Positions 50,971 through 63,905 are shown, numbered from the whole stretch's first letter. The stretch: 63,946 bases of DNA, filler included, from Octopus bimaculoides (GCF_001194135.2; 6 parts of 6 records of this genome joined end to end with filler, not necessarily neighbours in it), one strand, 5' to 3'. Numbers and translations: made by a program. Notes: a model not told the origin generated them from the letters alone.

Positions 50971-53015
50971 AGACAAGGAGAAAAACACGGAGAAAAAAAT
51001 TGAATAGTGTTCAGTCAACGGTCAATCATAATAATGGCCGATCATAACAATGACTGACCGGAATTTAGAAATTCTTATTTCAGGAGAGCTAAGAAAGGGG
51101 GGGATAACAAACGGTGATCGGGAACGAGGAGCTGTGTGTGGGAGGTAGAATGCTGGTGATCTTGACGTATGTAGTGTGAAAATGGGGAAGGGAGAAAGGG
51201 AGAAAGGGAGAAAGGGAGTTAGTAGTTGGTCAGTTGTAGTGTGTGCGTGGTGTGATGCGAGGGTATTGGTGTGGTGAATGTGCACGTGCGTGTGGGTGCA
51301 TGTGTGTGTGTATATAGAACTGAAGATACATATGTTTTATAACGAAGTTCTAAGCGAGTATAGAACAGTATTGCATATAGAGTATAAAGATGAAAGCCAT
51401 AATTTTCATGAAGCCCAATGTCGTAACGCCATGTGTATTTTCATTTGTATTATTCTTATACAATAAGTAATAATAGAGAACCTAATCTATTCCGTTAATG
51501 TGTATCTCAATGCATAAAACAACCTAGAATATCTATCTTTCAGAATGTTTTGAAAACAATATCAATAGAAAATAATACACAAATGTTCATAAAAATGATG
51601 CGAGTTTATTACTTGATTACGGATATACCTTATTTTGTAATATTTTGATTTATAGTTTTACTAAATGTGAAAAGCTATAAAGGAAGCAATTCAACGTAAA
51701 CTGTTCAATTTTAGAATATATGCTTAAAGAAGGTTAAATATTAATCAAGAAATATGTCTCAACGAACTACCATGCTGGCGTTTTATGTTTTAACATTTTA
51801 AACTGTATCGATCGCCTATGTCTGCAGTTTAAGAAATATGCGGATCTATGCAATATTTTCTAATTTCTAATGTGGTTTAATGTCTCCTGTAACATAATAA
51901 TATTTGGTAATTATTTTGATTTTACTGGGATATTTTCCTCTGGCATTAAAAGAATATAGATTAATATATTAGCTATGATGTTTGAAATAAAACCCAGCTG
52001 AAGATACAGGAAGTCACAAATATAGATTTTATAGCTATGTATTTATTTGCAGCACACTAAAAGTTGCATCATGCAGATTTGCTCAATGTAAGTTGTGTTA
52101 CTCAATTACAAACTTACTAGCTATTCGTTATATTAGAACCTACCTTTTAAATAATATTACGTAGATCTATCTAGATTTCTACGAATAGATATGTCAAGTA
52201 AATAACAAAAATATTCATCCAAATTCAGATGTTATCACCCGCGTTATATAAATCATTTAAGGTAGAATGTGTATTGGACTACGTAGTCCAGTCCCATTTC
52301 AACATTCATTTGTAATATGTAAATAGTTATATGTGGTTTTGGAGGGAGATTTAATGAAATAATCATTATGTGTTCATGACGCTGGAGGTTTCATCTATAA
52401 TTGTGCTCGTAGATACTTAACCATATACGAATAACAATATATATATATATATTATTATATTTGGAGATGGTCATATTTTTGCCAGTTAACAACATGCACT
52501 ATATATAATGTCTTTTATTATTATTCTTATTTTAGTGTCATTTGTCTTAAATCTTTCGTCACACATTGTATGACCTCTCCAATGACCGTCCATTCCACGT
52601 GTTCTGTTTAGTACATTCTCTGTCAATACCTGTTTCAGCACACGATTTCTCATCGGTGAGAATCGAGAGGACCTGATGCATTGCCTACAATCGGCGAAAC
52701 ATTTGCAAACTCTATGATTTTTGATTGGTTTTCTTTGCCTATCAAAAGCTGAACTGACTGTTGTTACTCGAAAACTTGTCACAAACTGAGACATCTACGA
52801 TTATCAACCGGCTATACTACTTTTGAAAATGTGTTACTGTTTTCAAGAACATGCTATATAAATCCCCAACACCCAAACATCACTGAGTCGGAAAATCTGC
52901 AAGGTTAACTCTGAATGTATTAAAATATTTCAGTGTGGCACTGTGAAGTAAATATTGAAGAGATTCATCTTCATAAACACATAATGACTATCACAATATT
53001 CTAATTTGTTCCAAT

Positions 53016-53226
53016 ATGGCAAGCTGGCAGGAATGTTACAACACCAGACGAAATGCTGAGATGTATTTCGTCTGTCTTCACATTCTTAGTTCAAATTCCG
53101 CCGAGGTCGACTTTGCTTTTAATCTGTTCGGGGTTGATAAATTAAGTACCAGTTCCGTGCAGGGGTCGATGTAATCGACTCGCTCGTCCTCAAAAATTTC
53201 GGGCCTTGTGCCTAGAGTAGAAAAGG
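53016..53226 (+). mobile_element. SINE-3, full length, 20-bp TSD
   Basis: atattctaatttgttccaat at 52996-53015 and 53227-53246. Confidence 0.93.
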
Positions 53227-53477
53227 ATATTCTAATTTGTTCCAATGCATATTTGACACAAGATAGAATGCGCTAGCTGGTTTCAAAAATCCAGAAACAA
53301 CTTGTTTACATTGTGGGTTATTAAATTGATACTAAATAAAAATATTTTTCAACTAGTAAAATAATTGTTATTGTGGCGGGAAATAAACTGAAATTGATTT
53401 AGTTTTCTAATTTGATTTTAAATAAATTTATGGAAAAATTATTTTGCCTAATAAAAATGTTAAGTTATTAGGAAAAT

Positions 53478-53577
53478 NNNNNNNNNNNNNNNNNNNNNNN
53501 NNNNNNNNNNNNNNNNNNNNNTTAATTAATTAANNNNNNNNNNNNNNNNNNNNNNNNNNNNNNNNNNNNNNNNNNNN
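53478..53577. other. artificial scaffold join
   Basis: TTAATTAATTAA at 53522-53533 between 44-N blocks. Confidence 0.95.
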
Positions 53578-53873
53578 TTATTGAGCGAAAACACCTAAAG
53601 CTCCACGAGGCTCCTGCAGGGGATGGTGGCGAACCCTGCTGTATTCTTCCACCACAACTTTCTCTCACTCTATCTTCCTGTTTCTGTCGTACCTGTAATT
53701 CAAAGGGTCAGCCTTGTCACACTCTGTGTCACGCTGAATATCCCCGAGAACTACGTTAAGGGTACACGTGTCTGTGGAGTGCTCAGCCACTTGCACGTTA
53801 ATTTCACGAGCAGGCTGTTCCGCTGATCGGATCAACTGGAACCCTGGACGTCGTAAGCGACGGAGTGCCAACA
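53578..53873 (+). mobile_element. SINE-2 at scaffold edge
   Basis: Matches other copies from ttattgagcgaaaacacc to gacggagtgccaac. Confidence 0.92.
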
Positions 53874-54139
53874 TGAACATCCATGTAAAAACCTTTGAAA
53901 TATCAATTGATGATGCCCACAGTTTAGGGGTCACGGATGACAAATAACCTGTGCAACAAAGGAGAGACACACACAATCCCCCTCAATCTCTCTTCCATGA
54001 CCATCTTCAGTCGAGTGGCAAGACCAGGTCAAGACAACTAGTGATGGAGATGGATGCTGTAGATGACCGTCCCATCCTGCTCTTTGTACTCCACCAATGC
54101 ACTGCTGCAGCTGTCTTCCCCGCCATTGAACTATGGTTC

Positions 54140-54230
54140 ATAGTTCTGCCATTACAAACATCCACAACAAATTTGGCTTTGCTAAAGTTGTTGCGTGATG
54201 GCTCCCAAATCAACTCATAAAACTACACAA
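54140..54230 (+). mobile_element. short mariner transposase fragment (WVP motif region)
   Basis: VHSSAITNIHNKFGFAKVVA*WLPNQL resembles the mariner linker SHGS...IIH..LG..KV.ARWVP..L. Confidence 0.5.
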
Positions 54231-54454
54231 AAAAAAATCACTTTGAAATCTGCCAATAACATTTTAATTGCTATGATAATGAAGGGGAAACCTTAGAAAA
54301 AAACTCATTGCTGACAACTTTTATATGAGAATCTCTGATAAAGACTCATCTCTCTTTAAGTATATCCGTATTTGAGTGTGTGTATATATATATATATACA
54401 CACACACATACGTCTGTGAATGTATATAAATATATATATGTATATGTGTATTTT

Positions 54455-54630
54455 TTTATTCTCTTGTTTCAGTCATTTGACAGCAGCCATGCTGGAGCAC
54501 TGCCTTTAGTTGAACAAATCAAACAAATCTATCAGTCACTTTTGCCAAATTGCTAAGTTACGGGGACGTAAACACACCAACAGTGGTTGTCAAGTGATAG
54601 TGGGGAGACAAATACAGACACACAAATACA
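54455..54630 (-). mobile_element. SINE-1 3' half
   Basis: ctcttgtttcagtcatttgacagcagccatgctggagcactgcc...gctaagttacggggacgtaaacacacc. Confidence 0.8.
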
Positions 54631-54645
54631 TACATACATATATAT

Positions 54646-54678
<33 letters not shown>

Positions 54679-55407
54679 AACAATATATGAGTATATGCAT
54701 ATATATGTACATGTATGTACATACCTTCAACTACATGTACATATAGATACATAACTGGGTACATGATGTGGCAAAAGAACATGGACAAAATGATAAACAA
54801 GATACAACAAACAAGCAGGCCACATAGAAACATCTCCTTCATCAGCTGCCGCCATTAAAACACCGACGGGCTTNNNNNNNNNNNNNNNNNNNNNNNNNNN
54901 NNNNNNNNNNNNNNNNNNNNNNNNNNNNNNNNNNNNNNNNNNNNNNNNNNNNNNNNNNNNNNNNNNNNNNNNNNNNNNNNNNNNNNNNNNNNNNNNNNNN
55001 NNNNNNNNNNNNNNNNNNNNNNNNNNNNNNNNNNNNNNNNNNNNNNNNNNNNNNNNNNNNNNNNNNNNNNNNNNNNNNNNNNNNNNNNNNNNNNNNNNNN
55101 NNNNNNNNNNNNNNNNNNNNNNNNNNNNNNNNNNNNNNNNNNNNNNNNNNNNNNNNNNNNNNNNNNNNNNNNNNNNNNNNNNNNNNNNNNNNNNNNNNNN
55201 NNNNNNNNNNNNNNNNNNNNNNNNNNNNNNNNNNNNNNNNNNNNNNNATTATCTTTGCTATTTATCTTTCCATTCCTCTTGAAAAGCAAAGTTATGAGTT
55301 AATTTCTTTGATGTCACCAAGAGTTAAAATTTATAGAAACAACATATTGATCAAACTCTGGCTATAAAAATCTTACTGACCTTCAAAACCAAACACAGAT
55401 ATAGCCC

Positions 55408-55456
<49 letters not shown>

Positions 55457-55812
55457 GCAGCACCATCACTAATAAACTGACAAGTAGTAATACTTCACAA
55501 TATTAAAAAACGTTTGACGTTCTATGACTTATCAAAATCTTCTGTGACAAAAATAGACTAATATATTCCAGCCCAACCGTACAAGGATCCTGCTGGTTTA
55601 TTTTCATTATCAAATGCTTTTGTTATTCGGATATCATTGATCTCATCATAGCAGCATATTATGAAATACCAAATGCTTCTGGAAGAGTCGCAGACAAGTC
55701 CAAAGCACTAATATATGTATTTACTCCAAAGCATATACTTCCACACACACTTTATATACACTGTGATACAATAAGGGTGTCTATATACATACATACATAC
55801 ATACATACATAC

Positions 55813-55858
<46 letters not shown>

Positions 55859-56801
55859 AATATAACAGAGTAAGCACATGAATATGAAACAAAGTGGGGA
55901 AAAATAGTAAAAAAATACCAGAAGAAGATATAAATATATATTAAAACCAAAATCCTAATAAGTAGGAAGGTAGATAAAACACAAACCCCTTCAGGTAGAT
56001 GGCCCTGCTCAGTATGTAGAAAAGGAGTAGGTNNNNNNNNNNNNNNNNNNNNNNNNNNNNNNNNNNNNNNNNNNNNNNNNNNNNNNNNNNNNNNNNNNNN
56101 NNNNNNNNNNNNNNNNNNNNNNNNNNNNNNNNNNNNNNNNNNNNNNNNNNNNNNNNNNNNNNNNNNNNNNNNNNNNNNNNNNNNNNNNNNNNNNNNNNNN
56201 NNNNNNNNNNNNNNNNNNNNNNNNNNNNNNNNNNNNNNNNNNNNNNNNNNNNNNNNNNNNNNNNNNNNNNNNNNNNNNNNNNNNNNNNNNNNNNNNNNNN
56301 NNNNNNNNNNNNNNNNNNNNNNNNNNNNNNNNNNNNNNNNNNNNNNNNNNNNNNNNNNNNNNNNNNNNNNNNNNNNNNNNNNNNNNNNNNNNNNNNNNNN
56401 NNNNNNNNNNNNNNNNNNNNNNNNNNNNNNNNNNNNNNNNNNNNNNNNNNNNNNNNNNNNNNNNNNNNNNNNNNNNNNNNNNNNNNNNNNNNNNNNNNNN
56501 NNNNNNNNNNNNNNNNNNNNNNNNNNNNNNNNNNNNNNNNNNNNNNNNNNNNNNNNNNNNNNNNNNNNNNNNNNNNNNNNNNNNNNNNNNNNNNNNNNNN
56601 NNNNNNNNNNNNNNNNNNNNNNNNNNNNNNNNNNNNNNNNNNNNNNNNNNNNNNNNNNNNNNNNNNNNNNNNNNNNNNNNNNNNNNNNNNNNNNNNNNNN
56701 NNNNNNNNNNNNNNNNNNNNNNNNNNNNNNNNNNNNNNNNNNNNNNNNNNNNNNNNNNNNNNNNNNNNNNNNNNNNNNNNNNNNNNNNNNNNNNNNNNNN
56801 N

Positions 56802-57063
56802 GGGTGGCACATAAAAGACACCATTTCGAGCGTGGCTGTTGCCAGTATCGCCTGACTGGCCTTCGTGCAGGTGACACGTAAAAGCACCTACTACACTCTT
56901 TGAGTGGTTGGTGTTAGGAAGGGCATCCAGCTGTAGAAACTCTGCCAAATTTAGATTGGAGCCTGGTGTTGCCATCCGGTTTCACCAGTCCTCAGTCAAG
57001 TCGTCCAACCCATGCTAGCATGGAAAGCGGACGTTAAACGATGATGATGATGATGATGATGAT
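56802..57063 (+). mobile_element. RTE 3' UTR with (GAT)n tail, emerging from a gap
   Basis: Nearly identical to 62103-62340. Confidence 0.85.
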
Positions 57064-57684
57064 ATATTCATTTTTACAACCATTTAGTTTCAGTTTCAAT
57101 CTCACTATACAGCACCTTCAGCAAGTGCCTACGTTTATAGCCTTAGGTCAAACAATGCCCGGTGAGTGAATCTGGTACATAGAAACTGCACAGAAGTCAG
57201 CTATGTATATATGTACAGTAATGCCTTGATGTATGAGTTAATCCATTCCCTGCTCATAAAGTGAAGACTCATAAAGCAGAGCAATAATTTCCCATAGTAG
57301 CAATGTTATAATTTGTAATTCGTTCCCAGAAAAATATCTTACTTATAAAATTTATAATACTCATAAATAAATGGCAATAAAACAACAGCAGAATGTAAAG
57401 AATGTTTTATTTAAAGTAAAAGGAATGTCAAGATCTTTTATAATAAAAAATATTCGAACACCATCACTTGTAGAAACGATCGCTGATTCACAAGCACTCG
57501 TAGACGGACTTATAGATTTCTTTTTAAAAATCAAGTCTAGAGTTGTTTGCTTAGAAAAACCTTTTTCCGCTCTCTATAAATTTCTCGGTAGCATGCAGAA
57601 TTATTTGTTATGGTAGTAGAAACTTTTGCATTTCATTCAAAATTTAAATCTTGTGCTTGAAAAATAAAACTTACAAACCTGGGG

Positions 57685-57731
<47 letters not shown>

Positions 57732-58348
57732 CCAGTAAAGGGCATTTATGGACCCCCAGCTGAGAACTGCTGTTTTAGATCTAATGGATTAAACCTGAGC
57801 TGGTGCTAAACACCTTCCATTGTACGAACTGTCCCTTCCAGTTAAATCTTTGAAACAAAGTGAGGAAGGAATAATGAAATGACTAGAAAAAACAGTAGCT
57901 ATGAAGTGGGGGGGGGGGTAGGACAGTGATGTAAAAATGAGTGGTGGAGTGAGGAGAGGAAGAAAGTGAAAGAGTATGACACTGGATATAAAAAAATATA
58001 TCGGAAATGAAATGGCACAGTGACATGAAGGGGCAAAGTACAACTTCAGTTGGTATGGAAAAGACACGACTTGTCAGTCTTCTACAAATAGTTTAATTCC
58101 ATCAGAAAGTGAAGTGTGTTAGTTAACGAAAGAGGTCATTTAGCATACAGGAAGCACTAACACATACAACACCTATATGTCCACAAGTGTGTGACAGAGA
58201 GAAAAAGAGAACCATCTCATTTGCTTTTGTATGTGTTTATAAGCCTCTGCGTGCTTCTTTTTCGAATTTATGATTTACCAATGATATATATATATATATA
58301 TATGCATTTTTTTCTTCATTAAACCCACACTATGGCTTTACTTTCACA

Positions 58349-58618
58349 GGCATATGGCGTAGTGGTTAAGAGCGCGGCCTACTAACCCCAAGATTCGGAG
58401 TTCAATTCCAGGCAGTGACCTGAATAATGATGATAATAATAATAATATCGAAAAATACCTTATGAATGAGAACCCCAGTTCGAAGTTTCCCCAAGACACC
58501 TGATGCAGGCTGGAGGGTGTATCAGCTGAAATGTTGTGTTAACAACAAACAAGATGAGGACAAATATCCATCAAATGTAAATAATGTATATAATTCATCT
58601 CTTAAATATAGAACTGTA
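58349..58618 (+). mobile_element. SINE-5: tRNA-like head, (AAT)n spacer, hammerhead-containing body
   Basis: A box TGGCGTAGTGG at 58355-58365, B box GTTCAATTCC at 58400-58409, AAT tract about 58423-58447, hammerhead fold at 58495-58540. The 3' boundary is approximate and only one copy is present. Confidence 0.65.
58495..58540 (+). ncRNA. minimal type-I hammerhead ribozyme-like fold, degenerate
   Basis: GACAC / CUGAUGC / A / GGCUG-10 nt-CAGCU / GAAA / UG-UU / GUGUU. Stem I 5 bp and stem II 5 bp, one G-U each; A9 is replaced by C; AUGU could be CpG decay of palindromic ACGU. Confidence 0.6.
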
Positions 58619-59725
58619 TAGACAAACTAATTTCATGATTTCAAGTTATGTTGAACTGAAAAGCCCATAAAAAGGATGAAATGGTGCTATCTTGAACTAC
58701 TAGAACACCTAAACAGAAAATTAAAAAATGGATTGTATGGAAATATTATTTCATATGCCCATTCGCTCACAAGAAAAAGACATCTCATACTAATAATAGA
58801 AAAACCCTAAAACGGTTCTCTACACTTAAAGGGAATGAATCTTCAACCTTTCTTCTATTTCTTCGTAAACTCTTTCTCTCTCTCTCTCTTATTCCAGAAG
58901 CAACAATAGATGGCAGCAGCAACAGCCCTCAGTCAAATTTTCCCATGTGTTGTATAATTAGCTTATTAATCTATTTTACACTAAATACATAGCAAATTGA
59001 ATGGGAATCACTGCTTGAGTGAGTGGCATTGCTAGTTTCATCAACATCATCCCAAATATCAAATATGTAAGGTTACATGGTTACCAACAGCAGAGATTAT
59101 TTGTGACTTGGCCTAAGGAAGTAACTCTAATAATAAAACCCCAAAACATAGTTGGAGCTGTCAAAATATTTTGAAAATGAGACCCACTAACAACTGCAGT
59201 AGCCACATTCTTAATTAAAATTACATGGGTATGGCTAACAAATGGAACTGTTGTTAAATGGGACAGGGCACAAAGGAAAATGGATGAATCATGTTTGGTT
59301 ATTGGGAATGAAGTGACAGACAAAAGCTAACAAAAAAGAGAACAAAACATTTAGCACATAGGTCAGTCAGTATAACTTAACAGATCCATCAGGCAATGGG
59401 AGTAAGATATCTAAAATGACCTCAACATCACAGCTGGACTACTTCTGATCATAGATTTGATGAACCAGGATTCAAATAACAACAATTTACTCTCTCTCTC
59501 TCTCTCTCTCTCCCTGTCTGCTTCCCTCCCCCTCTCTCAAGTCCAGGATAAGATGAAGCTAGACTGTTACCACACAGCACAATTTAAAACTATTTTAGAT
59601 AGCATGTCATGATAATGCCTGTTGAAATGAAATTCAAATACAGACACACTATACTTCAGCATTTATACTAACAAGTACCACATCAAGACACATAAAACAC
59701 TTATATAGAAATGTAGTGTACATAC

Positions 59726-59765
<40 letters not shown>

Positions 59766-59947
59766 NNNNNNNNNNNNNNNNNNNNNNNNNNNNNNNNNNN
59801 NNNNNNNNNNNNNNNNNNNNNNNNNNNNNNNNNNNNNNNNNNNNNNNNNNNNNNNNNNNNNNNNNTATATATTTATATACATATATATATACATATATAT
59901 ATATATTTATATACACATATATACATATATATATTTATATACATATA

Positions 59948-60272
59948 TAGATGCCTTCATCCAACTGTTAAACATGGAGGAGGATCTGTGATGATCTGGG
60001 TGGGGGGCTATATCTTGGAAATCTGCCTGTCCAATGGTTTCCCTTCATGGCAGAATTAATAGTCAAGACTATTTAAGCATTTTATCTGATCAAATTCATC
60101 CTATGGTTGCGGAACTGTTTCCAGAGGGAAATGCCATCTTTCAGGATGATAATGCACCAATTCACACAGCTAAAGTTGTTACTGAATGGCACGAGGAACA
60201 TTCTAGTAAAGTTGAATATCTTATCTGGCCACAACAGTCCCCAGATCTCAATATTATTGAACATTTATGGTA
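59948..60272 (+). mobile_element. Tc1 transposase DDE fragment
   Basis: CLHPTVKHGGGSVMIW...MVSLHGRINSQDYLSIL...FQDDNAPIH...WPQQSPDLNIIEHLW; canonical Tc1 motifs. Confidence 0.92.
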
Positions 60273-60279
60273 CATTCCT

Positions 60280-60720
60280 TTCTAGCCTTTACATGTCCTC
60301 TACATTCAGGGCCCAAATCTCACTACCATGTAGAATTGCTGTTTGTATACATGCAACATACAATCTTCCTGAATTCTCTCCATTTTATTCTTATTCTAGC
60401 TATTCCACTTACCATACATCTTCCCCCACTACTAATTTGTTCTCCAAGGCAGCAGAAATTATCCACTACCTCTAAAGAGCCTCTGAAACATTTGAGGAAA
60501 CCAATTTCCTGAGTATCTGCAATTTTTATGGTTCCTGTGCATATTCCACATACAAACCTACTTTCCCTGGTAACTTCCCTATTATTCCACTGCACCATTT
60601 GTGTCCATAGCTTGCACTGGGTACGCCATATGGAATTTCTGCCTACACCTTTCTTATGCATCAAACAAAGCCTTTTACCTGAAGTGGGTAGGGTCCTGTT
60701 TGTTTTCTGACTAAAACCTA
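60280..60720 (-). mobile_element. RTE LINE ORF2 fragment
   Basis: KKGVGRNSIW.TQCKLWT...FVCG.CTG...LEVVDNFCCLGEQISSGG...ARIRI.W..FR and, in another frame, AILHGSEIW. Confidence 0.8.
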
Positions 60721-61232
60721 TTTTGTACATGACACCAGCATCGGTACATGTAGTGGAATCAAACGAAACAGTTAAGGATATGAAAACAGGGAAAGCCCTT
60801 GATCTATCTTTACGGGGTCAGTAACTGTGTGTCGCTTTAAAAGTATATACTGTGAGTGAGGTTGAGTGGCTGCCATCTCTACCAGCAATTGTCCTGTACT
60901 GAGAAAGGGAAACTACCCAGAAACCACTGGTCGGCAAGTATCGCTAAAGCTCTCTTGCTCGCAGTATATCCTCGCATTAGCTCCCTTGATCACAGTATAT
61001 GGACACAGATGATGTGTCAGTAACCAGCTGGAAAAAGAGGTTTTCCTGAGGCTAGACAGTAGTGACATCGTCCTAAGCAGAATTGCCACTTTACACTGGC
61101 AAATAAATTTTACTATGCAGTACTGTTACTACATTTCTCGCTCAGAGATTTAAAACTAGTTGGTTTTCTCTTTATATATATTATATATACATATACATAT
61201 TTTAGTAAAGGTATGTGTGATATCTCATATAC

Positions 61233-62340
61233 TTGCTACATGGCAGTGAAACATGGGCTGTAACTGCTGAGTACATACGTAAGCTCGCAAGGAATGAAGC
61301 CAGTATGCTCCGTTGGATGTGTAATGTCAATGTGAATACCCGTCAGAGTGTAAGTATCTTGAGAGAAAAGCTGAACATTAGAAGCATCAGTTGTGGTGTG
61401 CAAGAGAGACGATTGCGCTGGTATGGACATGTGGTGAGAATGGATGAGGATAGCTGCGTGAAAAAGTGCCACACCCTAACAGTTGAGGGATCCCGTGGAA
61501 GAGGTAGGCCCAGGAAGACCTGGGCTGAGGTGGTGAGGCAANNNNNNNNNNNNNNNNNNNNNNNNNNNNNNNNNNNNNNNNNNNNNNNNNNNNNNNNNNN
61601 NNNNNNNNNNNNNNNNNNNNNNNNNNNNNNNNNNNNNNNNNNNNNNNNNNNNNNNNNNNNNNNNNNNNNNNNNNNNNNNNNNNNNNNNNNNNNNNNNNNN
61701 NNNNNNNNNNNNNNNNNNNNNNNNNNNNNNNNNNNNNNNNNNNNNNNNNNNNNNNNNNNNNNNNNNNNNNNNNNNNNNNNNNNNNNNNNNNNNNNNNNNN
61801 NNNNNNNNNNNNNNNNNNNNNNNNNNNNNNNNNNNNNNNNNNNNNNNNNNNNNNNNNNNNNNNNNNNNNNNNNNNNNNNNNNNNNNNNNNNNNNNNNNNN
61901 NNNNNNNNNNNNNNNNNNNNNNNNNNNNNNNNNNNNNNNNNNNNNNNNNNNNNNNNNNNNNNNNNNNNNNNNNNNNNNNNNNNNNNNNNNNNNNNNNNNN
62001 NNNNNNNNNNNNNNNNNNNNNNNNNNNNNNNNNNNNNNNNNNNNNNNNNNNNNNNNNNNNNNNNNNNNNNNNNNNNNNNNNNNNNNNNNNNNNNNNNNNN
62101 NNGGTGGCACATAAAAGACACCATTTCGAGCGTGGCCGTTTTCGTGCGGGTGACACGTAAAAGCACCCACTACACTCTCTGAGTGGTTGGCGTTAGGAAG
62201 GGCATCCAGCTGTAGAAACTCTGCCAAATTAGATTGGAGCCTGGTGTTGCCATCCGGTTTCACCAGTCCTCAGTCAAATCGTCCAACCCATGCTAGCATG
62301 GAAAGCGAACGTTAAACGATGATGATGATGATGATGATAT
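61233..62340 (+). mobile_element. RTE LINE 3' portion: ORF2 C-terminus (61233-61541), gap, 3' UTR and (GAT)n tail (62103-62340)
   Basis: LHGSETWAVT...RRLRWYGHVVRM...GRGRPRKTW is the established RTE C-terminal signature. Linkage across the gap is inferred. Confidence 0.9.
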
Positions 62341-62419
62341 TGAGTGCTCTACTCACATTTGTCTGTTCTGGCATGGTTTCTACTGCTTCATGCCCTTCCT
62401 AACACCAACAACTTTACAG

Positions 62420-62600
62420 TGCACCCACTACACTCTCAGAGTGATTGGAGTTAGGGCTAGGGTTGGCGTTAGGAAGGGCATCCAGCTGTAGAAACATTGC
62501 CAGATCAGATTGGAGCCTGGTGCAGCCATCTGGTTCGCCAGTCCTCAGTCAACCCATCCAACCCATGCCAGCATGGAAAACGGACGTTAAACGATGATGA
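62420..62600 (+). mobile_element. additional RTE 3' UTR copy
   Basis: gcacccactacactctcagagtg...ttaggaagggcatccagctgtagaaac...acgttaaacgatgatgat. Confidence 0.8.
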
Positions 62601-62729
62601 TTTCTTACAAGCTCTAATTCAAAGTCTCTTCAGGCTAAAACAGGTGACACACGAAATTTGTATGCTCAACTTTTAATTTTTCTACCGCATCCTAATTCTC
62701 AGATGGATGAATGGATGGATTGGATAGAT

Positions 62730-62815
62730 TGACTGTGGTCATGTTGGAGCACCACCTTGAAGGGTTTTAGTCGAACAAATCAACTCCAGGGCTTATTCTT
62801 TTTAAAGCCTAGTAC
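62730..62815 (-). mobile_element. SINE-1 3' end at scaffold edge
   Basis: ttgactgtggtcatgttggagcaccacc...gcttattctttttaaagcctagtac. Confidence 0.7.
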
Positions 62816-62915
62816 NNNNNNNNNNNNNNNNNNNNNNNNNNNNNNNNNNNNNNNNNNNNTTAATTAATTAANNNNNNNNNNNNNNNNNNNNNNNNNNNNN
62901 NNNNNNNNNNNNNNN
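62816..62915. other. artificial scaffold join
   Basis: TTAATTAATTAA at 62860-62871 between 44-N blocks. Confidence 0.95.
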
Positions 62916-63905
62916 CATTTTAACCTTTCCCAACCCACTGATAATATTCCTACATTTCTCTAGCTTATTCTAAGTTTCTTCTACCATATTATCAATTCTG
63001 AAAGCTTAGCTTTAATTCTCTTAGTTTAGTCTTGATTTTCTAACTTTATTCCTCCCCTTTTTTTCCTTCTCCTTCTCCCCCTTTCTCTTTGTTTTGTTTT
63101 TGGCCATTGATATTATGGTTTTACTTATAAATAATATCTCTCTTCTACTACCCCACATTAATGTATATCTTATTTTAACAATAAATGTTTGCCTTTTTCT
63201 AATTTAACTATTAATGTTTCTTATGGTTTTATATTTAGTACTTTAATGTTTTGTTGTATTATTCTAATTATACTGACCAATAGATATATTCTTAATAATT
63301 CTCCAATACCTTGACCTAAATTCCCTTACCTTAAATTTCCTCTAGCCACTCCTTAGGGTATTGTCCTTCCATTTTCATTTTATTTCTATATATATTTTTT
63401 CCTTTTTTCTTATCTTTTTTTTTCTCCTGCTTGATTTACTACTTAACCTGCTGTCCATTACTACTTAATCTACCTTCCTCTAAATTGAAATTACTGCTAT
63501 CTTACCCCTCCAATTAGAATATATAGAAATTAAATTCTTGTTTGATTCACTAGACTGTTGATTGGCAGCCCAGTCAAGATGGTATTTTCTTCTTCTACTC
63601 TTGTTTTTGAACACATCTACAAAATGACTTTCTAAAATGAAATTCCATTAAGCAGCTGAGGAGTACATTTTCATTGCACATTTTATATGGTGTTCTCACT
63701 ACATAAATAAATGAAGTTTGTACGAAACGTATGTACTGCTATAACCTATTGAATTTTTGTTGCTTTTCTTCAAATATATCTATAATATATATATCTAATA
63801 TAAAATATAAATATATACATATAATGTATGTAATATATATAATATATATATACATATAACATATATATAATATATATACACACACACACATCTATAATAT
63901 ATATA

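Noticed and set aside
52664-52712. Hammerhead-like ctgatgc...ggcgaaac
   Set aside because: A9 and U16.1 are both wrong and stem I does not close.
54800-54852. Minus-strand ctgatgaaggag motif
   Set aside because: No GAAA or stem III follows, so it is not a hammerhead.
28-62263. Long ORFs rich in YI, HT, VC, LS, poly-H/T/V or X
   Set aside because: They are translations of microsatellites or read through N gaps; not genes.
62916-63560. Purine/pyrimidine-skewed stretch resembling an old LINE
   Set aside because: Too decayed for any motif-level support.
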